A program made the translations under genes and the position numbers. Positions 25,053 to 35,234 of a DNA stretch of 64,000 nucleotides are shown here, piece by piece. The notes beneath the pieces were generated by a model that was not told the origin of the DNA, searched no databases, and saw only the letters and a list, made by a program, of their open reading frames with translations. This DNA is from a virus (taxonomy: Duplodnaviria > Caudoviricetes), in IMG/VR virus record IMGVR_UViG_3300009370_000001; one strand, written 5' to 3'. Position 1 is the stretch's first letter; each line of letters begins with the position of its first letter.

Positions 25053-27652
25053 TGATCAAGGTCCGTATTGGAAAAAAGAAATCGCATTGCGGCGAAGCCA
25101 AGAAAATAGGCTTTGGTCAGGGCACACCTCCAAAAGGTGAATGGTATAAGAAGCAAGAGATCGTCGTTGAAGACACAAAACTCCTCCGCGAACTCACTGA
25201 AGACGAGCTTGAGCGCGCGCTAGCTGCCGTCGAGGAAATCGATCCCGACGAATTGGCTTTTAACCAAATCTTTGGCGATAAAAAGCGCCTCGTTATTGAT
25301 TTTCCTGTCGCTAATTTAGATTCAGAAGCGGGACGCTTCATTAACATGTGGGGCGATCTGGATGATGTGGAGACCGGCAGCGGCTATAGCGCCGATTGGC
25401 AAAAAGGAATTATCTCAGGACTGCGCACTATCAAAGATGAAAGTCTTGTTGGTGTGCCTGCCGAGATAGAGCGCGCCGCGTTTGGTTTCGGTGGCGAGAA
25501 AGAAAAAGGCCCGAAACAGAAGAAAGTCCAAATGAAAATTGGAAAATTCTTTGCCAAAATACACGATTTAGCCACAAAGCGTCAAGAGATTATTCAACTA
25601 TATTGGAAAAAGCACCACGAAAAGCATTTTAAAGGCGACCGACCTTATAGAGGGGGCCAAGCAAACTTTTCTCACATTCCAGTCGGAGAGATCCGAGACC
25701 TAATTGGAGACGAAAAAGTGGAGCGTTACGATCAACTGACCAATCAGCTTAAAATGTATTTAGGCACCAAAGGAATGACCCGATTTGCCCAATTTCCAGA
25801 CACCGCCCTCCGCGCTGGCGAATACTGGCAGAAAAACGCAGGTTTTATTAAGAAAAACATCGACGGGATGACTAACGATAAATACGCCATCGTTATTACG
25901 CGTGATCCAGTCGATATGTTTCGCATGAGCGACTTCAATCAAATTACTTCATGCCACTCTCCACCATCAAGACCTTCGGAATCGGGCAATTCATATTATA
26001 AATGCGCGGTTGCTGAGGCTATGGGTCACGGAGCAGTCGCCTATGTAGTCGACAAGACCGATTTGCTGGCTGCTGCTGACGCTGAGGCGCTTCCAGAAGC
26101 AGAAGACAATATCCAGGAAGGAGAACTTTTTGCGGACGAGACACGGGGCTCTCACGTCGGTTATGAAATGGATCTGGTTCCGCTCTCGCGCATTCGTTTG
26201 CGTCAGTATCGCTATTACGACAGCACCGCTCTAGCAACTGACGCAGCAGACTATGCAAAACCTAGCATTGAAGGCGGCACACAACTGGCTGTGCCTGAAA
26301 TTGGAACCACACCATATGGTCTTAATATCCCAGGCTTCCTTGAACGCTTAGAAGGCTGGGCGAGAGAAAACCAGCAAGAGGCCATGACCCAAGTACCCAA
26401 GACGAGCAAAGGTAAAATAGAGTCGGGAGCCTTTGTACTTTATGGAGGAGCTTATGAAGAAGCTAGAACGAGCGGAGGCATGGGCCGCCGCAAAATGCTT
26501 GCAAGCTTTTTTGAAGTGCGCTTTGATGAAATGACAGGCGAGCCTCGACAAGACACGTCGACGGAACGCAAACTGCCAAAAGATATTGGAAAAGGAATAA
26601 TTGAGTTTACTGAAGAAGCAGTCGCACGAGTTGCGATGCAATGGAATGACTCTTGGCATCGGAGTTCACCCGGAACTGCCGAACACCCAGGCATGCAGGT
26701 CTTCGCCCGAGTAGAAGACATGGGACAAAACGAGGATGGCGGATATGATTTTGCTATCGAGGGATCCGCAGTGATGCGTGTATTTTGGGATGCCGATGAG
26801 TGGGAGAGGCTACCAAGAGCCGATGAGACAGATTGGATAGATCGCGAGGTTGCAGAATATGGCTTTGGCTTTGTTCAGGATTTAGTGGTCATTAGGCGTG
26901 GAGATATGATATATGCTAAATTCGATATTAACAATAATGGGGTTTATAATCTCTATCATTACGGTACGTCTATCGAAGTTGATTTAGTACATACTGGGGT
27001 AACTCACTCGCCAGACGGCTTCGAAGAATATTGTCTGGAAATTAACAAGATAGATGATGTTCGAGAAGGACTCAAGGCTGTTCTCTCCACCTTTTTTAAA
27101 CGCCAAGGCTGGCTTCAAGGGGGCGCCTACATGCAGTTAGCCATGGATATTGAAAACGACGAACTGACCTCTTATGAATGGGATCTCCGAACAGACGGAG
27201 AATATGAAGACTCCTATGAAGCCACCGCCACCGTTACACATGACTTTGATCCCGAAGAGTTAAATATCAATCCTGAAGTGTTATTGGGGATTCTTGAAGA
27301 CCGGGAATTTAGATTGCTGGTACGCACTCAATTCTTGCATGCGTTGCAGAAAACGACAGGCATAGACTTTCAGTTGGATATCGTGCCCGAGAAAGTAACG
27401 AATATTGGTGGGACGCTGCGGTTTCCATTTACTTTTCAAGTTACAGCCGATGACCCCACTGAACGTGTAGAATTATTTCGCGCTCTCGTTGAAGAGATCG
27501 ACGACGAAGATGATATTGCGGCGCGCTTCGAGAAAGCGATGGCTCACGCACTAAACAACATGAAGCCCGTAGCGTATCGACAGAATTTGGACGAGAACAA
27601 AAAATATGATGCCGATTGGGCACTAAAAAGATGGAAACAAAATTTTAACTAA
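25052..27652 (+). CDS. 866-aa acidic protein of unknown function
   Basis: long ORF; ITRDPVDMFRMSDF...SCHS segment. Confidence 0.8.
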   Translation: MIKVRIGKKKSHCGEAKKIGFGQGTPPKGEWYKKQEIVVEDTKLLRELTEDELERALAAVEEIDPDELAFNQIFGDKKRLVIDFPVANLDSEAGRFINMWGDLDDVETGSGYSADWQKGIISGLRTIKDESLVGVPAEIERAAFGFGGEKEKGPKQKKVQMKIGKFFAKIHDLATKRQEIIQLYWKKHHEKHFKGDRPYRGGQANFSHIPVGEIRDLIGDEKVERYDQLTNQLKMYLGTKGMTRFAQFPDTALRAGEYWQKNAGFIKKNIDGMTNDKYAIVITRDPVDMFRMSDFNQITSCHSPPSRPSESGNSYYKCAVAEAMGHGAVAYVVDKTDLLAAADAEALPEAEDNIQEGELFADETRGSHVGYEMDLVPLSRIRLRQYRYYDSTALATDAADYAKPSIEGGTQLAVPEIGTTPYGLNIPGFLERLEGWARENQQEAMTQVPKTSKGKIESGAFVLYGGAYEEARTSGGMGRRKMLASFFEVRFDEMTGEPRQDTSTERKLPKDIGKGIIEFTEEAVARVAMQWNDSWHRSSPGTAEHPGMQVFARVEDMGQNEDGGYDFAIEGSAVMRVFWDADEWERLPRADETDWIDREVAEYGFGFVQDLVVIRRGDMIYAKFDINNNGVYNLYHYGTSIEVDLVHTGVTHSPDGFEEYCLEINKIDDVREGLKAVLSTFFKRQGWLQGGAYMQLAMDIENDELTSYEWDLRTDGEYEDSYEATATVTHDFDPEELNINPEVLLGILEDREFRLLVRTQFLHALQKTTGIDFQLDIVPEKVTNIGGTLRFPFTFQVTADDPTERVELFRALVEEIDDEDDIAARFEKAMAHALNNMKPVAYRQNLDENKKYDADWALKRWKQNFN

Positions 27653-27663
27653 AGGAAGAGAAA

Positions 27664-28314
27664 ATGAGAAAGAGATTAATCGAAGCATGTGCATTTATGC
27701 TTTTGTTAGTAGCATGCACAACGTTAGTGTTTGGTATTGCAGGATGCAAGCCCAAGTTAACTACCGACGATAGCACAACCCCACCTATCCCCCAGGTAGA
27801 TGATTCTGCTATTACAATTTCCCCCACCGATAGCGATGATCGCTCTTGGGTAACTTGGGAGACTTGTTCACAAAAACCAGGAGATCATCCCTGTGATTTT
27901 GAATTGATGGATCAGCATGGAGATATGGTGAGTCTATACGATTATCACGGAAAGGTTATTGTAATTGATCTGTCAACAATTTGGTGTGGGGTGTGTAACA
28001 ACATCGCACAAGAAGGTGATGAGTGGCTCAATGATTATGGTGCGGAAAACTTTATCTGGCTAACTATCTTAATTGATAATGCTACAGGCGATCCTCCCAC
28101 ATTAGCTGATATCCAGCATTGGGCTACGGTATACGGCATCGAAGTGCCTGTGCTAGTAGGCGACCGAAGCTTAGTAGATCTAACCGCTGAAACGGGTTAT
28201 CCGTGCACCGGTTGGCCAACACTAGTTGTAATCGACCGAGAGATGGTTTTACAATACGGTATTAATGGATGGAATGAAACAACCATTCGTGGGTGGGTGC
28301 AAAGTCTGTTATGA
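27664..28314 (+). CDS. TlpA/redoxin-family lipoprotein
   Basis: lipobox IAGC; WCGVC; DFELMDQHG; GWPTLVVID. Confidence 0.85.
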   Translation: MRKRLIEACAFMLLLVACTTLVFGIAGCKPKLTTDDSTTPPIPQVDDSAITISPTDSDDRSWVTWETCSQKPGDHPCDFELMDQHGDMVSLYDYHGKVIVIDLSTIWCGVCNNIAQEGDEWLNDYGAENFIWLTILIDNATGDPPTLADIQHWATVYGIEVPVLVGDRSLVDLTAETGYPCTGWPTLVVIDREMVLQYGINGWNETTIRGWVQSLL

Positions 28315-28880
28315 TGTCCTTGTTGCTACTCTTGGGGTGCACCAACGCGCCTGTCATCGTAGTGCAAGAGACAACTACGCATGAAGAACGCCAACTCCAT
28401 AAAGTATCAGAGACTATTGATGCTTCGTTCTTTAATCGTGGCCCACAAAGTCAAGGAGGATGGCAGGGCACCCCCGACATCCGTGTGTGCACCACCGCAC
28501 CCATTTCTCAGCGGAGAGTAGAAAAAGGACTTGACTTTTGGCGAGAACTAGGTTATAGTTTTGGTAGGATATATTATAATGATGTATCGAGACATTGTAT
28601 TGAAGATATATTTTCATATAATACAATAATCATTGATTTGATTGACGGAACACACAGAGAGCCAGCGCTCGCCACCACAACGTCGTGGATTGACCGAGAA
28701 ACCCGAGAGATTTTGAAAGCCAAAATTGCGCTTAAAAATACATGGGGCGAAGCCGACCGAATTCTAGAACACGAGCTTGGGCATGCGCTAGGCTGGCTCG
28801 ACTATAATCAAACTGGTCATATTATGCACCACGAATGGAGTCGAGGAGGACTAAATACCATGGGAGTGGAAGTCCAATGA
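28311..28880 (+). CDS. matrixin-like zinc metalloprotease lipoprotein
   Basis: lipobox LLGC; HELGHALGWLD...HIM. Confidence 0.8.
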   Translation: MMSLLLLLGCTNAPVIVVQETTTHEERQLHKVSETIDASFFNRGPQSQGGWQGTPDIRVCTTAPISQRRVEKGLDFWRELGYSFGRIYYNDVSRHCIEDIFSYNTIIIDLIDGTHREPALATTTSWIDRETREILKAKIALKNTWGEADRILEHELGHALGWLDYNQTGHIMHHEWSRGGLNTMGVEVQ

Positions 28881-29506
28881 AACTTTTAATGGAAAATTGG
28901 CGAGAGTTTTTGAATGAGACCTCACCTCCTTTTGAAGAGATTCAATCTATTATTGATCAAAATCCTTATTTAAAAGGCAAAGTTAGTGCAACTGAGGAGA
29001 CAGTCTACGATATGGGGGATAAATATCTCCTGATGTCGGGGGTTTCCCACATAGCCGAGCGCCACCAAGATAAATGTTTTCCAGGCTCTCTTTTTCTCCA
29101 AGATGAGGAAGTGATAAAGAAAGCAATTCTCAATATTGTAGCCCAAATGCCCCCTGCGGAAGGAAAAGCGCTAGCTATGCCTTCGGGGATTTCTGGACTT
29201 GGAATGGAGAGATTAGTCAAAACAACACCTGAAGAAGTCGCCGGACTTGAAGATTACACGATGAATGATGGTACAATTGTTAAAATTAAACGCGAAGGCA
29301 ATAATCCCGGGCAAGTAACCGATAAATTAACAGTTATTGCTCCCTCTATTGGCAACATAGGTGGAAAGCCTCTACTTTCTCTAATAACTGCGTTTCCGGG
29401 TTTCATGGGAACTGGGCGCGGCGGTGACGGAGATATTGAGATCCTTGACCGCAGCGATTTTACAAAAAATGGATATTATTTTTTAATCCCAGAGGATTGT
29501 AAATGA
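28877..29506 (+). CDS. tagged protein with possible toxin-type RNase fold
   Basis: MKLLMENWREFLNE; HIAERH...SLF and ITAFP motifs. Confidence 0.5.
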   Translation: MKLLMENWREFLNETSPPFEEIQSIIDQNPYLKGKVSATEETVYDMGDKYLLMSGVSHIAERHQDKCFPGSLFLQDEEVIKKAILNIVAQMPPAEGKALAMPSGISGLGMERLVKTTPEEVAGLEDYTMNDGTIVKIKREGNNPGQVTDKLTVIAPSIGNIGGKPLLSLITAFPGFMGTGRGGDGDIEILDRSDFTKNGYYFLIPEDCK

Positions 29507-29949
29507 AACTCCTACTTGAAAATTGGCGGAAGTATTTGACGGAGACAATCGGATTAGACGATAATCCTGATTTATCACAAGACGGCTTTGAAACGGCAAA
29601 ATTGCCTATTCCCTTAGAATTTAGATATGCAGAAACAGACGAGACCATTGAAACAAAAGAAGGTCCAGTAAACGCAACCGCCGGCGATGCTATCATGACC
29701 GGCACTGAAGGTGAACAATGGCCGATCCCCGCAGAGAAATTTGCAGAGACTTATGATGATTTAGGCGACGGAACAGCCGCAAAGAAAAACATTCCTGTTT
29801 TTGCTAAAGAAATGGCTGAGCCCTTCCAAGTTAAAGTATCATGGTCAGATGATTTATTACAAGGCGAAGCAGGAGACTATTTAGTTCAATACGGCGTGGG
29901 TGACTACGGCGTTGTGGGCAGAGAAATATTTGGAAAAACATATAAATGA
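29503..29949 (+). CDS. tagged PGDYG-family protein
   Basis: MKLLLENWRKYLTE; TKEG...AGDAI...GEQWPI...F..TY duplicated; GDY. Confidence 0.8.
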   Translation: MKLLLENWRKYLTETIGLDDNPDLSQDGFETAKLPIPLEFRYAETDETIETKEGPVNATAGDAIMTGTEGEQWPIPAEKFAETYDDLGDGTAAKKNIPVFAKEMAEPFQVKVSWSDDLLQGEAGDYLVQYGVGDYGVVGREIFGKTYK

Positions 29950-30674
29950 AACTCCTACTTGAAAATTGGCGAGAGTTCATAAATGAAAACCAAGAAGGAT
30001 CTGGGCTGCTTTACCACGCCACCTTGTCTGGTGAGAATAACAGCATTGTTCGTTCATTTATTGATAACGGGATCGATCCAACGCGCGCTGGGGGCTTTGG
30101 TCAAGGTGGAGGCTTCTATCTTTGGACCGATATAAAGGATGCCCATCATTATATTAAAGGCTTGGTTTACGGCATGAAGGGCGCTTCGAAAGAGGAGGAG
30201 GTCGAAGGCAAGCCCATTATAGTAGTGGTTGACGAACCAGTTACTCCTCAAAACTTTGATATTGATTATGAACTGTATGCTAAGGGGCTTATTGGTTTTA
30301 TCGAAGGTAACCTTGATTACTTTAAACAAAATGGTGAAGCCCTAGGTATTATAACAAAAAAGCTTGACAGTCATTTGAGTGTTGATAAAAAAGCACTTGG
30401 CCTCCAGGGCGGGAGGAAGACTGTTGCTCGATGGGATTCTCGCGCTTCGTGGGATAGTGACATACATGGAGAAGACTACGGAATTGATATTGGCACTGGT
30501 GAACTGTTGGGAATGGTGGCATCTAAACTTCATGAATTGGACCCCACAAAATATGAAGAGTTTGAGAAGCAGGCTCTCCCGCCTGCCCGGGCTTTAAAAT
30601 ACAATGGCGAAACAAAGATTTGGCCATTACGCATTGAAGATGCCGAAGGCAATGTTCTGTGGAGCAGAGAATGA
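29946..30674 (+). CDS. tagged putative ADP-ribosyltransferase-fold protein
   Basis: MKLLLENWREFINE; LYHAT...NGID...GGGFYL (H-Y ART signature). Confidence 0.55.
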   Translation: MKLLLENWREFINENQEGSGLLYHATLSGENNSIVRSFIDNGIDPTRAGGFGQGGGFYLWTDIKDAHHYIKGLVYGMKGASKEEEVEGKPIIVVVDEPVTPQNFDIDYELYAKGLIGFIEGNLDYFKQNGEALGIITKKLDSHLSVDKKALGLQGGRKTVARWDSRASWDSDIHGEDYGIDIGTGELLGMVASKLHELDPTKYEEFEKQALPPARALKYNGETKIWPLRIEDAEGNVLWSRE

Positions 30675-31297
30675 AACTCCTACTTGAAAATTGGCGGAAG
30701 TTTTTAAACGAGAAAAAATGGGAAGACTTTGATCATCCCAAGAATCAATGGGCCGATGTTTCACCCAGTGATATCAAAGCCGCACAACATCCGATTAATG
30801 TAGACTTATCTGATGAATTATATGATCTGATTGATGTTGCATATGCTGCCATAGGAGGCAATTTTGATTTTGCTAACTCTGGCGATCTTCCTGGCGATCA
30901 TGATCAGTGGGGAGCTATTGACATCGATGATGATCCGGAACCAGATGCACTTCGTGTTTCCAAAACAAAGCCGGCCGGCTCAAAGATGACTGTCGCAGGT
31001 CATGACGGGTCCAAGTCTGGAAAAGATGCCTATATTAGCAGGACTGCCGAATTATTATCACAACCGGGACACTATGCGGAAATGTCCAAGAAAATTGCGG
31101 ATATTATGATAAAATATTATGATATCCCGGCGGTCACCGACCCCGAAAAAGTACAGCAAGTATTGGGTCCTAATAAGTCTATCAAATGGCTCGGACCCCA
31201 CCCAGAAGGAAAGCATCCTGGCATTGACGGCTGGTATACGAGAGACATCGGTCCCAATAAAGATATTCTCAAGATTATGCTTGGGAATCCAAAATGA
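30671..31297 (+). CDS. tagged protein, possible GNAT-like fold
   Basis: MKLLLENWRKFLNE; AYAAIGG...GHDGSKSGK. Confidence 0.45.
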   Translation: MKLLLENWRKFLNEKKWEDFDHPKNQWADVSPSDIKAAQHPINVDLSDELYDLIDVAYAAIGGNFDFANSGDLPGDHDQWGAIDIDDDPEPDALRVSKTKPAGSKMTVAGHDGSKSGKDAYISRTAELLSQPGHYAEMSKKIADIMIKYYDIPAVTDPEKVQQVLGPNKSIKWLGPHPEGKHPGIDGWYTRDIGPNKDILKIMLGNPK

Positions 31298-31743
31298 AAA
31301 TTCTATTTTTACACGGACTTGAATCAACCCCAGGCGGAAGAAAGCCCACGACCATCTCAGATGCTGGCTACGAAGTGATTGAGCCAATTCTTCCTGCGAA
31401 CAGTTGGAACGATAGTATCAGCGCAGCCCAAGAGGCATATGATGAAGAACAACCAGATATCATAGTTGGTTCGTCCCGGGGAGGAGCAGTTGCTATGGCC
31501 GCTAATCTTCCTGCACGTAAAATGATTTTAATTGCGCCGGCGTGGAAAAAGTATTGCCCTGGTTGTACTATTGCTCCCAATACAATTATTCTTCATTCGC
31601 CTGATGACGAGGTAATAGCCTTTGCAGACAGCAGACTATTGTCGAAGATGTTCGGCGCCGAACTAGTTATAGCGGGCGATGACCACCGCATGAATGATAG
31701 CGGAGCATTGGCTAAGATGATGCAGGCAATAGATAACTCATGA
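31294..31743 (+). CDS. alpha/beta hydrolase (YqiA-like esterase)
   Basis: FLHGLES, GSSRGG nucleophile elbow, DDEVI, DH. Confidence 0.85.
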   Translation: MKILFLHGLESTPGGRKPTTISDAGYEVIEPILPANSWNDSISAAQEAYDEEQPDIIVGSSRGGAVAMAANLPARKMILIAPAWKKYCPGCTIAPNTIILHSPDDEVIAFADSRLLSKMFGAELVIAGDDHRMNDSGALAKMMQAIDNS

Positions 31744-31775
31744 AACTCCTACTTGAAAATTGGCGAGGGCTATAA
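31740..31775 (+). CDS. 11-codon ORF consisting only of the tag (MKLLLENWRGL)
   Basis: exact 26-nt repeat copy followed by TAA, then the next ATG. Confidence 0.5.
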   Translation: MKLLLENWRGL

Positions 31776-33221
31776 ATGGCAATAACTCTAGAATATATGA
31801 GGCGTAAACAAAAACAACTGGAAAGAAAAATGCGGCGCGAAGCTGAATTGGAAGCTGAAAAAGAGGCAGAACGAGTTGCTGAGATAGAGGCCGAACTTCG
31901 CGAACAGGAAGAAATTGCTGCAAGGGCGCGCCTTCTTGTGGAACAACAGGAAGATAAGCGCCTTCATCAGAGGTATCTTAAAAGAAAGCAAAAAATAGCA
32001 GATCAAAAATGGGATAACCAGTTTGACGCTTTAATGACTCAGATAAAAAATCAAACCCAAAAGGATAATAAGCTTGAAGAAATAAGGTTTATAATCCAAA
32101 ATCGCGAACCCTCTCTTCAACAGCTTGATTGGGATACGTGGTTATCCGTTCCTTTCAATCAAAGGCTCGCTGAATTGGATTTTGAGCGGGCGATGGAAAT
32201 GTTTAAGCGCGATAATCTAATGTCTGCACGGCGTAAGAAAACGCGCGGGAAGTCTCCCAAGATCGATGCTGCTGTTAATTATGCATTATCATTCACTGGC
32301 AATGATGCAGTAGGCGCCCGCGCAGATTTGGTCGCAACATCGTTTACTCCTAATGATCCTACAAATAAAGGCTTTTCAAGTTCTGACAGAAAACCACTTG
32401 CAGAATCAGGATTTACTATATCATTTTGGTGGAGACCAGACCAAAACTATCAGGATTCATTTCCTATTGGCTGGAAAAGAGATACACATGCCAGATTTGA
32501 CTTTGGAATAAGAAATGCATCAAAACCATGGTTTGGTTTAGGCAGTTCAGAATTAAAAGGCGTAACTTGGGAAACTATGTTTGATGATTCAGGTAATTCA
32601 GATTTAAAAAACACATTATTGGATAGTGGCGAAGGAACAGACCCCGGCTCTGGTAATCATTTAATACTGGGTAAATGGTATCATCTTGTAGCAACATATG
32701 CAGGTACTGATAATCCTGATGGTGATGGTTACATGCTCCGTAAAATATATTTAAATGGATATCACATATATGGGGGATTTGGTGAAGCAAAGCAATCTGT
32801 GAACTGGACGAGCCACACTGGCGCTCAGATGGCCCGGGGTTTAGCTTTTGGTATGCGCGTAGTAGTAGCTTCAGGAACGGACTCAGAATCAGGACTAAGA
32901 AATGCTAAATATAACAACGGAAACGCATGTGGGCTTGATGAAATAGCTATTTATAGTGAAGCCAAAGATGCCGATTGGGTTACGAATGTATATAATGGTG
33001 GTGTGGATTACAATCATAAAGATTCGGGCGGCGATGGTCTTGTAGGATATTGGAGACTTAATGAAGGTAATGGAAATACTGTTAAAGATTTATCAGGATA
33101 TGGTTGGCACGGAACATTCACTAATGCTTCATACGGAACAAAGATTGATGCCGCTATAGCCGATCTACCACCTTCAGGAACACCAACTTGGATCAAGGTA
33201 CCAACAGGATACGGTCAATAA
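31776..33221 (+). CDS. coiled-coil plus LamG/concanavalin A-like domain protein
   Basis: FTISFWW, WYHLVATY, IYLNG, LDEIAIY, LVGYWRLNEG. Confidence 0.85.
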   Translation: MAITLEYMRRKQKQLERKMRREAELEAEKEAERVAEIEAELREQEEIAARARLLVEQQEDKRLHQRYLKRKQKIADQKWDNQFDALMTQIKNQTQKDNKLEEIRFIIQNREPSLQQLDWDTWLSVPFNQRLAELDFERAMEMFKRDNLMSARRKKTRGKSPKIDAAVNYALSFTGNDAVGARADLVATSFTPNDPTNKGFSSSDRKPLAESGFTISFWWRPDQNYQDSFPIGWKRDTHARFDFGIRNASKPWFGLGSSELKGVTWETMFDDSGNSDLKNTLLDSGEGTDPGSGNHLILGKWYHLVATYAGTDNPDGDGYMLRKIYLNGYHIYGGFGEAKQSVNWTSHTGAQMARGLAFGMRVVVASGTDSESGLRNAKYNNGNACGLDEIAIYSEAKDADWVTNVYNGGVDYNHKDSGGDGLVGYWRLNEGNGNTVKDLSGYGWHGTFTNASYGTKIDAAIADLPPSGTPTWIKVPTGYGQ

Positions 33222-33805
33222 TGAAACTCCTACTTGAAAATTGGCGACGATTTTTAAATGAGGAGCAGGAGTACGAGATTTACTGTGACATGGATGGTGT
33301 GCTTGTAGACTTCGAATTAGGGGCCGTAGAGCACATCACAAGCGACTTAAAAAGCGGAAAGGCTTCCGAGCTAGAGGAAGAGCTTGGACGCGATTATATC
33401 ACCGCTGAGGATATTAGGTCAAATAAGTCCGTTAGAAATTATATGTACAAAGAATTAGAACATAACGCAGAATTTTGGGAGAACTTGCCTTGGATAGAAA
33501 ATGGTCCCGAATTGTGGGCCGCAATTGCTCCATATAATCCGAATATATTAACAACCCCTATGGGATATGGATCCGAAATTGGCAAACAAGCTTGGATTGA
33601 TAAAAACTTAAGCCCCCTCCCCCAACAAGTTTTTATGTCGAGAGATAAATATCGCTGGGCCGATAAAAATAGTATTTTGATCGATGATTGGACAAAAAAC
33701 ACCATTCCTTGGGAAGAACACGGCGGCATAGCTATTTTACATCGAGATTCAGACATAGAAAAAACACTGTCAACACTGCAGGAACTCGGACTGCAAACTA
33801 ATTAA
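33221..33805 (+). CDS. tagged HAD-family 5'(3')-deoxyribonucleotidase
   Basis: MKLLLENWRRFLNE; CDMDGVLVDF; LIDD. Confidence 0.88.
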   Translation: MKLLLENWRRFLNEEQEYEIYCDMDGVLVDFELGAVEHITSDLKSGKASELEEELGRDYITAEDIRSNKSVRNYMYKELEHNAEFWENLPWIENGPELWAAIAPYNPNILTTPMGYGSEIGKQAWIDKNLSPLPQQVFMSRDKYRWADKNSILIDDWTKNTIPWEEHGGIAILHRDSDIEKTLSTLQELGLQTN

Positions 33806-33829
33806 AAGAGTGCGGCAGGAGGCAACAAT

Positions 33830-34147
33830 ATGGCTGATGGAGAATCTTGGGATCAATATTCCCGACTAGTTTTACAACAACTAGAAACACTTTCAAATGG
33901 CATTGAAGCTTTGCGTGGAGAGCTTCAAGATGTCAAAAACCAACTCACAGAATTAAAAGCAAAAGAGGATCGGGTACAAGACTTAAAAGATTGGAAAGAG
34001 AAGATTGACGAGGTCGCGTCTCCTTCTCAGCTACAAAATGCGCTACAAGAAATAGAAGATTTAAAGACCTTTAAGACAAAAGCGGTCACTATTTTTGCTG
34101 TAGTGCAGTTTTTGATGGCTGCAGCAATAGCTTTATCTAGGATATAG
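33830..34147 (+). CDS. coiled-coil protein with C-terminal TM helix
   Basis: heptads then AVTIFAVVQFLMAAAIAL. Confidence 0.65.
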   Translation: MADGESWDQYSRLVLQQLETLSNGIEALRGELQDVKNQLTELKAKEDRVQDLKDWKEKIDEVASPSQLQNALQEIEDLKTFKTKAVTIFAVVQFLMAAAIALSRI

Positions 34148-34161
34148 TAGCTATTTATCAT

Positions 34162-34452
34162 ATGGGATTTGACTACATAGATGAAAAAAAATTTAAGCGA
34201 TTGGTTAAGCAAATTAGTGGAACCATCACTGAGAGAGATGGAGAATTAGTCCCCTATCACTCCATAATCGGTAGTGGTGCGATGTGGTGCTATCAACCGA
34301 GTAACAAAACTATGGTAAGAGTTCTTCGCGGTACAAAAATCTTTGTTTTAGATTATGGAGACGAAACAGACGAACGCTGTCTGGCGTTAACCACGGATGG
34401 GGTACCCATTTTGATAAAAAAAGACGAAATTATAGAAATAGGCTTTGATTAG
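34162..34452 (+). CDS. hypothetical protein, possible SH3-like
   Basis: ORF track. Confidence 0.6.
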   Translation: MGFDYIDEKKFKRLVKQISGTITERDGELVPYHSIIGSGAMWCYQPSNKTMVRVLRGTKIFVLDYGDETDERCLALTTDGVPILIKKDEIIEIGFD

Positions 34453-34616
34453 TGTTATTTAAATTTGATAAATTTTGGAAAATTATTTTAGTAACGATAA
34501 GTTCGTGGCTTGTCTACGCCTGCGCAGGTTATGAATTTACTACTATCACCTTGTTATCCCTTATATTAGCGGATAACCTTTTTAGTGCGACAAACGATGG
34601 CAAAAAAAAGAAATAA
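34452..34616 (+). CDS. 54-aa membrane protein
   Basis: MLFKFDKFWKIILVTISSWLVY...; overlap coupling. Confidence 0.45.
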   Translation: MLFKFDKFWKIILVTISSWLVYACAGYEFTTITLLSLILADNLFSATNDGKKKK

Positions 34617-34833
34617 AAGTAAAAATTATGACATCACAGGAATTGTAGAAGTCATTAATATTACTCCGGGACATCGGAAAGCAACTATATTGAACTTAGA
34701 TGAACGTCGTTCGGTAGAAAAAACGGAAATTTCTGGCTCAATAGTTATAAAAAGAGCTATTTATGAAGCAAATGCTACAAAAGAACTCTCGAACCAAGAA
34801 ATACCTGCCGAACGACCCAGCGATGAAAGGTAA
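34585..34833 (+). CDS. hypothetical protein
   Basis: ORF track; start uncertain. Confidence 0.4.
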   Translation: MRQTMAKKRNKSKNYDITGIVEVINITPGHRKATILNLDERRSVEKTEISGSIVIKRAIYEANATKELSNQEIPAERPSDER

Positions 34834-34981
34834 GACACTATATATTCTTTATCAATTTGATATGAACAAAGACGAATTAGTGTCTGATGGCCCTTATTTA
34901 AAAAAGGAAGAAGCTTATAATCACATGCACGGTTTTTTGAAGAAAGGTATATGTGCCTGGGTAGTCGTCTATAATGGATGA
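34823..34981 (+). CDS. hypothetical protein
   Basis: start corrected to MKGKTLY. Confidence 0.5.
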   Translation: MKGKTLYILYQFDMNKDELVSDGPYLKKEEAYNHMHGFLKKGICAWVVVYNG

Positions 34982-35234
34982 ACAGGAACCATTTGGCACG
35001 ATAGCTGCTAATAGTTTAAAAGTAGGAGATATTGTAGAATGGTCGACGTGGGATCCTAGCCGTGATAATTGGGAATTGAATTATGGAATTATTATGGAAA
35101 TTAAAAATGAGGTAAAGGGCAATCGATTGGTTTCGGTTTCCGTAGTGATGCCGTTAGTAGGTCCAAAACAAGAAATTGAATTTTTTACTCCAACTTTAAA
35201 ACTTATTTCTGAGGCCTCTAAAGTAGGCGACTAA
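34974..35234 (+). CDS. KOW/SH3-like microprotein
   Basis: LKVGDIVEW...YGIIMEI...LKLIS. Confidence 0.7.
   Translation: MDEQEPFGTIAANSLKVGDIVEWSTWDPSRDNWELNYGIIMEIKNEVKGNRLVSVSVVMPLVGPKQEIEFFTPTLKLISEASKVGD

Noticed and set aside
28532-28560. TTGACT-17-TATAGT inside the matrixin gene
   Set aside because: An isolated match within coding sequence with no nearby start; could be chance.
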